Shown here: positions 4,414 to 5,644 of the stretch, one piece after another
Numbering within the stretch: position 1 is the first letter of the stretch
Layout of the letters: every line of letters starts with the position of its first letter
Origin: a virus
Lineage: Duplodnaviria > Heunggongvirae > Uroviricota > Caudoviricetes
Length of the DNA stretch: 5,644 bases
Virus record (IMG/VR): IMGVR_UViG_2684622552_000005
Span: 1-5,644 of that record
Direction: 5' to 3' (one strand)
Made by a program: the position numbers and the translations under genes
The notes under the pieces: generated by a model
Told to the model about the DNA's origin: nothing
The model's input: only the letters and a program-made list of their open reading frames with translations
Database searches by the model: none

Positions 4414-5439
4414 ATGGATACTTTTCATAATATTTTGCTTGAGCACATAGACAGCCTTTTAAAAGAGAGACTTGATTTATCTGGTGACGCTGATATCGAA
4501 AAAGAAATTAATAACCTAATTCCCAAAATAGCCATTGTCGTTAAAAAATCTCTTATTGGCTCGGCCAATGCAATGCTTAGAGAACATCGTTCTCTTTGTG
4601 ATGAATTTGTTGAGAGAAATATTTCAAGATGGGCAGAGGCTTTTGATTTGCTCGAAACACTTATAGTGATATGCACGGAGTCCGGTGAAGAGTTCAATCG
4701 TTCTTATAGACCACAAGCTGCCTCTGAAGAGGATGTGGTTTTTGATTTAGTCGTTCGGCATCACGCAAGAGCTTGCCACATCGCCAACGAAATTTTGTGT
4801 CTCTTAAAGAATGGATTTGCAGATGCTGCCCAAGCGAGATGGCGAGCACTTCATGAGGTAGCGGCCACAGCTATGTTTATAGCAAAGCATGGAAAAGAGT
4901 GTGCTGAGCGCTTTTACTACCATGAAGTGGTTGATTCATATACTGGAATGTTGGAACACAAAAAGTACGAGCACCGGTTAGAAGCAAAAGGTCCAACTAT
5001 TGAAGAAATAGCTGAGTGTAAAGTTCAATTTGATCTATTAATAAAAAAATACGGCAAAAAATATGCAGATAATTATGGGTGGGCATCTTATATTTTCCCT
5101 AACCATAATAAAGTGGGGTTTGGAGCTATTGAGAAAGATGTTCAGTTAGAACACATGCGCCCTTATTATAAGTGGGCGAGTCAGAATGTACACACCGGTT
5201 CCAAGGCAATGAGAAATAGGCTTGGTCTCTGTGAAACTGGTGATGATATATTATTGGTCGGGCAAAGTGATTCAGGAATGGCTGATCCAGCCCATGCTAC
5301 TGCTATTAGTTTGATGCAGATTACTGTGACACTTTTATTCTTAAAACCAACCATTGATCATGCCGTCATTTCAAAAATAATACAGGATTATTCTGATGAG
5401 ATTGGAAATGTATTTCTTAAAATTGATAAGGGTAATTAA
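4414..5439 (+). CDS. AT-rich cargo ORF of unknown function (about 341 aa from ATG 4414; the track start at 4402 is a TTG); candidate accessory / anti-phage protein
   Basis: Long uninterrupted ORF whose base composition is visibly more A+T-rich than the flanking prophage genes. It has its own upstream noncoding region. No transmembrane stretch, P-loop or other recognisable catalytic motif was seen by eye. One R-x6-H segment (RHHARACH, about 4756-4779) is noted only as a weak HEPN-like hint. It lies between the replication module and an IS element, a typical prophage moron/defence-island position. Confidence 0.75.
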   Translation: MDTFHNILLEHIDSLLKERLDLSGDADIEKEINNLIPKIAIVVKKSLIGSANAMLREHRSLCDEFVERNISRWAEAFDLLETLIVICTESGEEFNRSYRPQAASEEDVVFDLVVRHHARACHIANEILCLLKNGFADAAQARWRALHEVAATAMFIAKHGKECAERFYYHEVVDSYTGMLEHKKYEHRLEAKGPTIEEIAECKVQFDLLIKKYGKKYADNYGWASYIFPNHNKVGFGAIEKDVQLEHMRPYYKWASQNVHTGSKAMRNRLGLCETGDDILLVGQSDSGMADPAHATAISLMQITVTLLFLKPTIDHAVISKIIQDYSDEIGNVFLKIDKGN

Positions 5440-5518
5440 AAATTGGAAAAGTGATAGTATATTCTTGTTTTTTTTACTGGTAATTAAATGTTTTTAAAGT
5501 TACTAGTTCACACCTATC

Positions 5519-5644
5519 TGAATCGCCACGGGTTTAACAGACACCTCAGAGTCATTTAAGATGGCTTAAAGAGAGGTGCCCATGAGCGGTAAGCGTTATC
5601 CCGAAGAGTTTAAAACTGAAGCAGTCAAACAGGTTGTTGCTCAA
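5519..5644 (+). mobile_element. Left end of an IS3-family insertion sequence (putative left inverted repeat starting TGAATCGCCACGGGTTT at 5519), truncated by the window edge
   Basis: Begins with TG and is GC-rich, like IS3-family terminal repeats as I recall them. It lies 63 bp upstream of an OrfA-like start preceded by AGAGAGGTG, similar to the spacing and Shine-Dalgarno context I recall for IS3. Exact boundary is uncertain; the right end is not in the window. Confidence 0.55.
5582..5644 (+). CDS. IS3-family transposase OrfA, N-terminal fragment (continues beyond the window)
   Basis: Hand translation MSGKRYPEEFKTEAVKQVVAQ matches the characteristic N-terminus of IS3-family OrfA proteins (K-R-x-[YF]-x-x-E-F-K-x-E-A-V). 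ATG at 5582 with a GAGAGGTG Shine-Dalgarno upstream. Confidence 0.65.
   Translation, partial: MSGKRYPEEFKTEAVKQVVAQ

Noticed and set aside
4425-4697. Minus-strand 90-aa ORF inside the cargo gene
   Set aside because: Antisense shadow ORF within AT-rich coding sequence; Ser/Ile-rich and no ribosome-binding site.
5466-5475. T-tract after the cargo gene as an intrinsic terminator
   Set aside because: A T-run is present, but I could not find a convincing GC-rich stem-loop immediately upstream, so no terminator is called.

Overview
The window reads as the immunity and replication region of a lambdoid (Rac / CP-933P-like) enterobacterial prophage, followed by an AT-rich cargo gene and the left end of an IS3-family insertion sequence. 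All calls are from reading the sequence and ORF track by eye; no searches were run. Left to right: a region with no convincing ORF (1-568); three small leftward genes (569-1183, minus strand); a putative OL with two palindromic operators; a 139-aa HTH repressor on the minus strand (1368-1787); a divergent OR/PR region with three operator-like sites; rightward ydaS-like (Cro-like) and ydaT-like (CII-like/toxic) genes with overlapping start/stop; a replication-initiator-like gene (2650-3720) carrying two clusters of GTCACG iterons plus an AT-rich direct repeat, a likely embedded origin; a 141-aa ORF of unknown function where a helicase loader would be expected; and a visibly AT-rich, self-contained gene (about 341 aa, 4414-5439) with its own promoter-like region and no recognisable function. 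That last gene is the best candidate for an undescribed accessory or anti-phage function. The window ends in a putative IS3-family left inverted repeat (about 5519) and the start of a transposase OrfA-like ORF.
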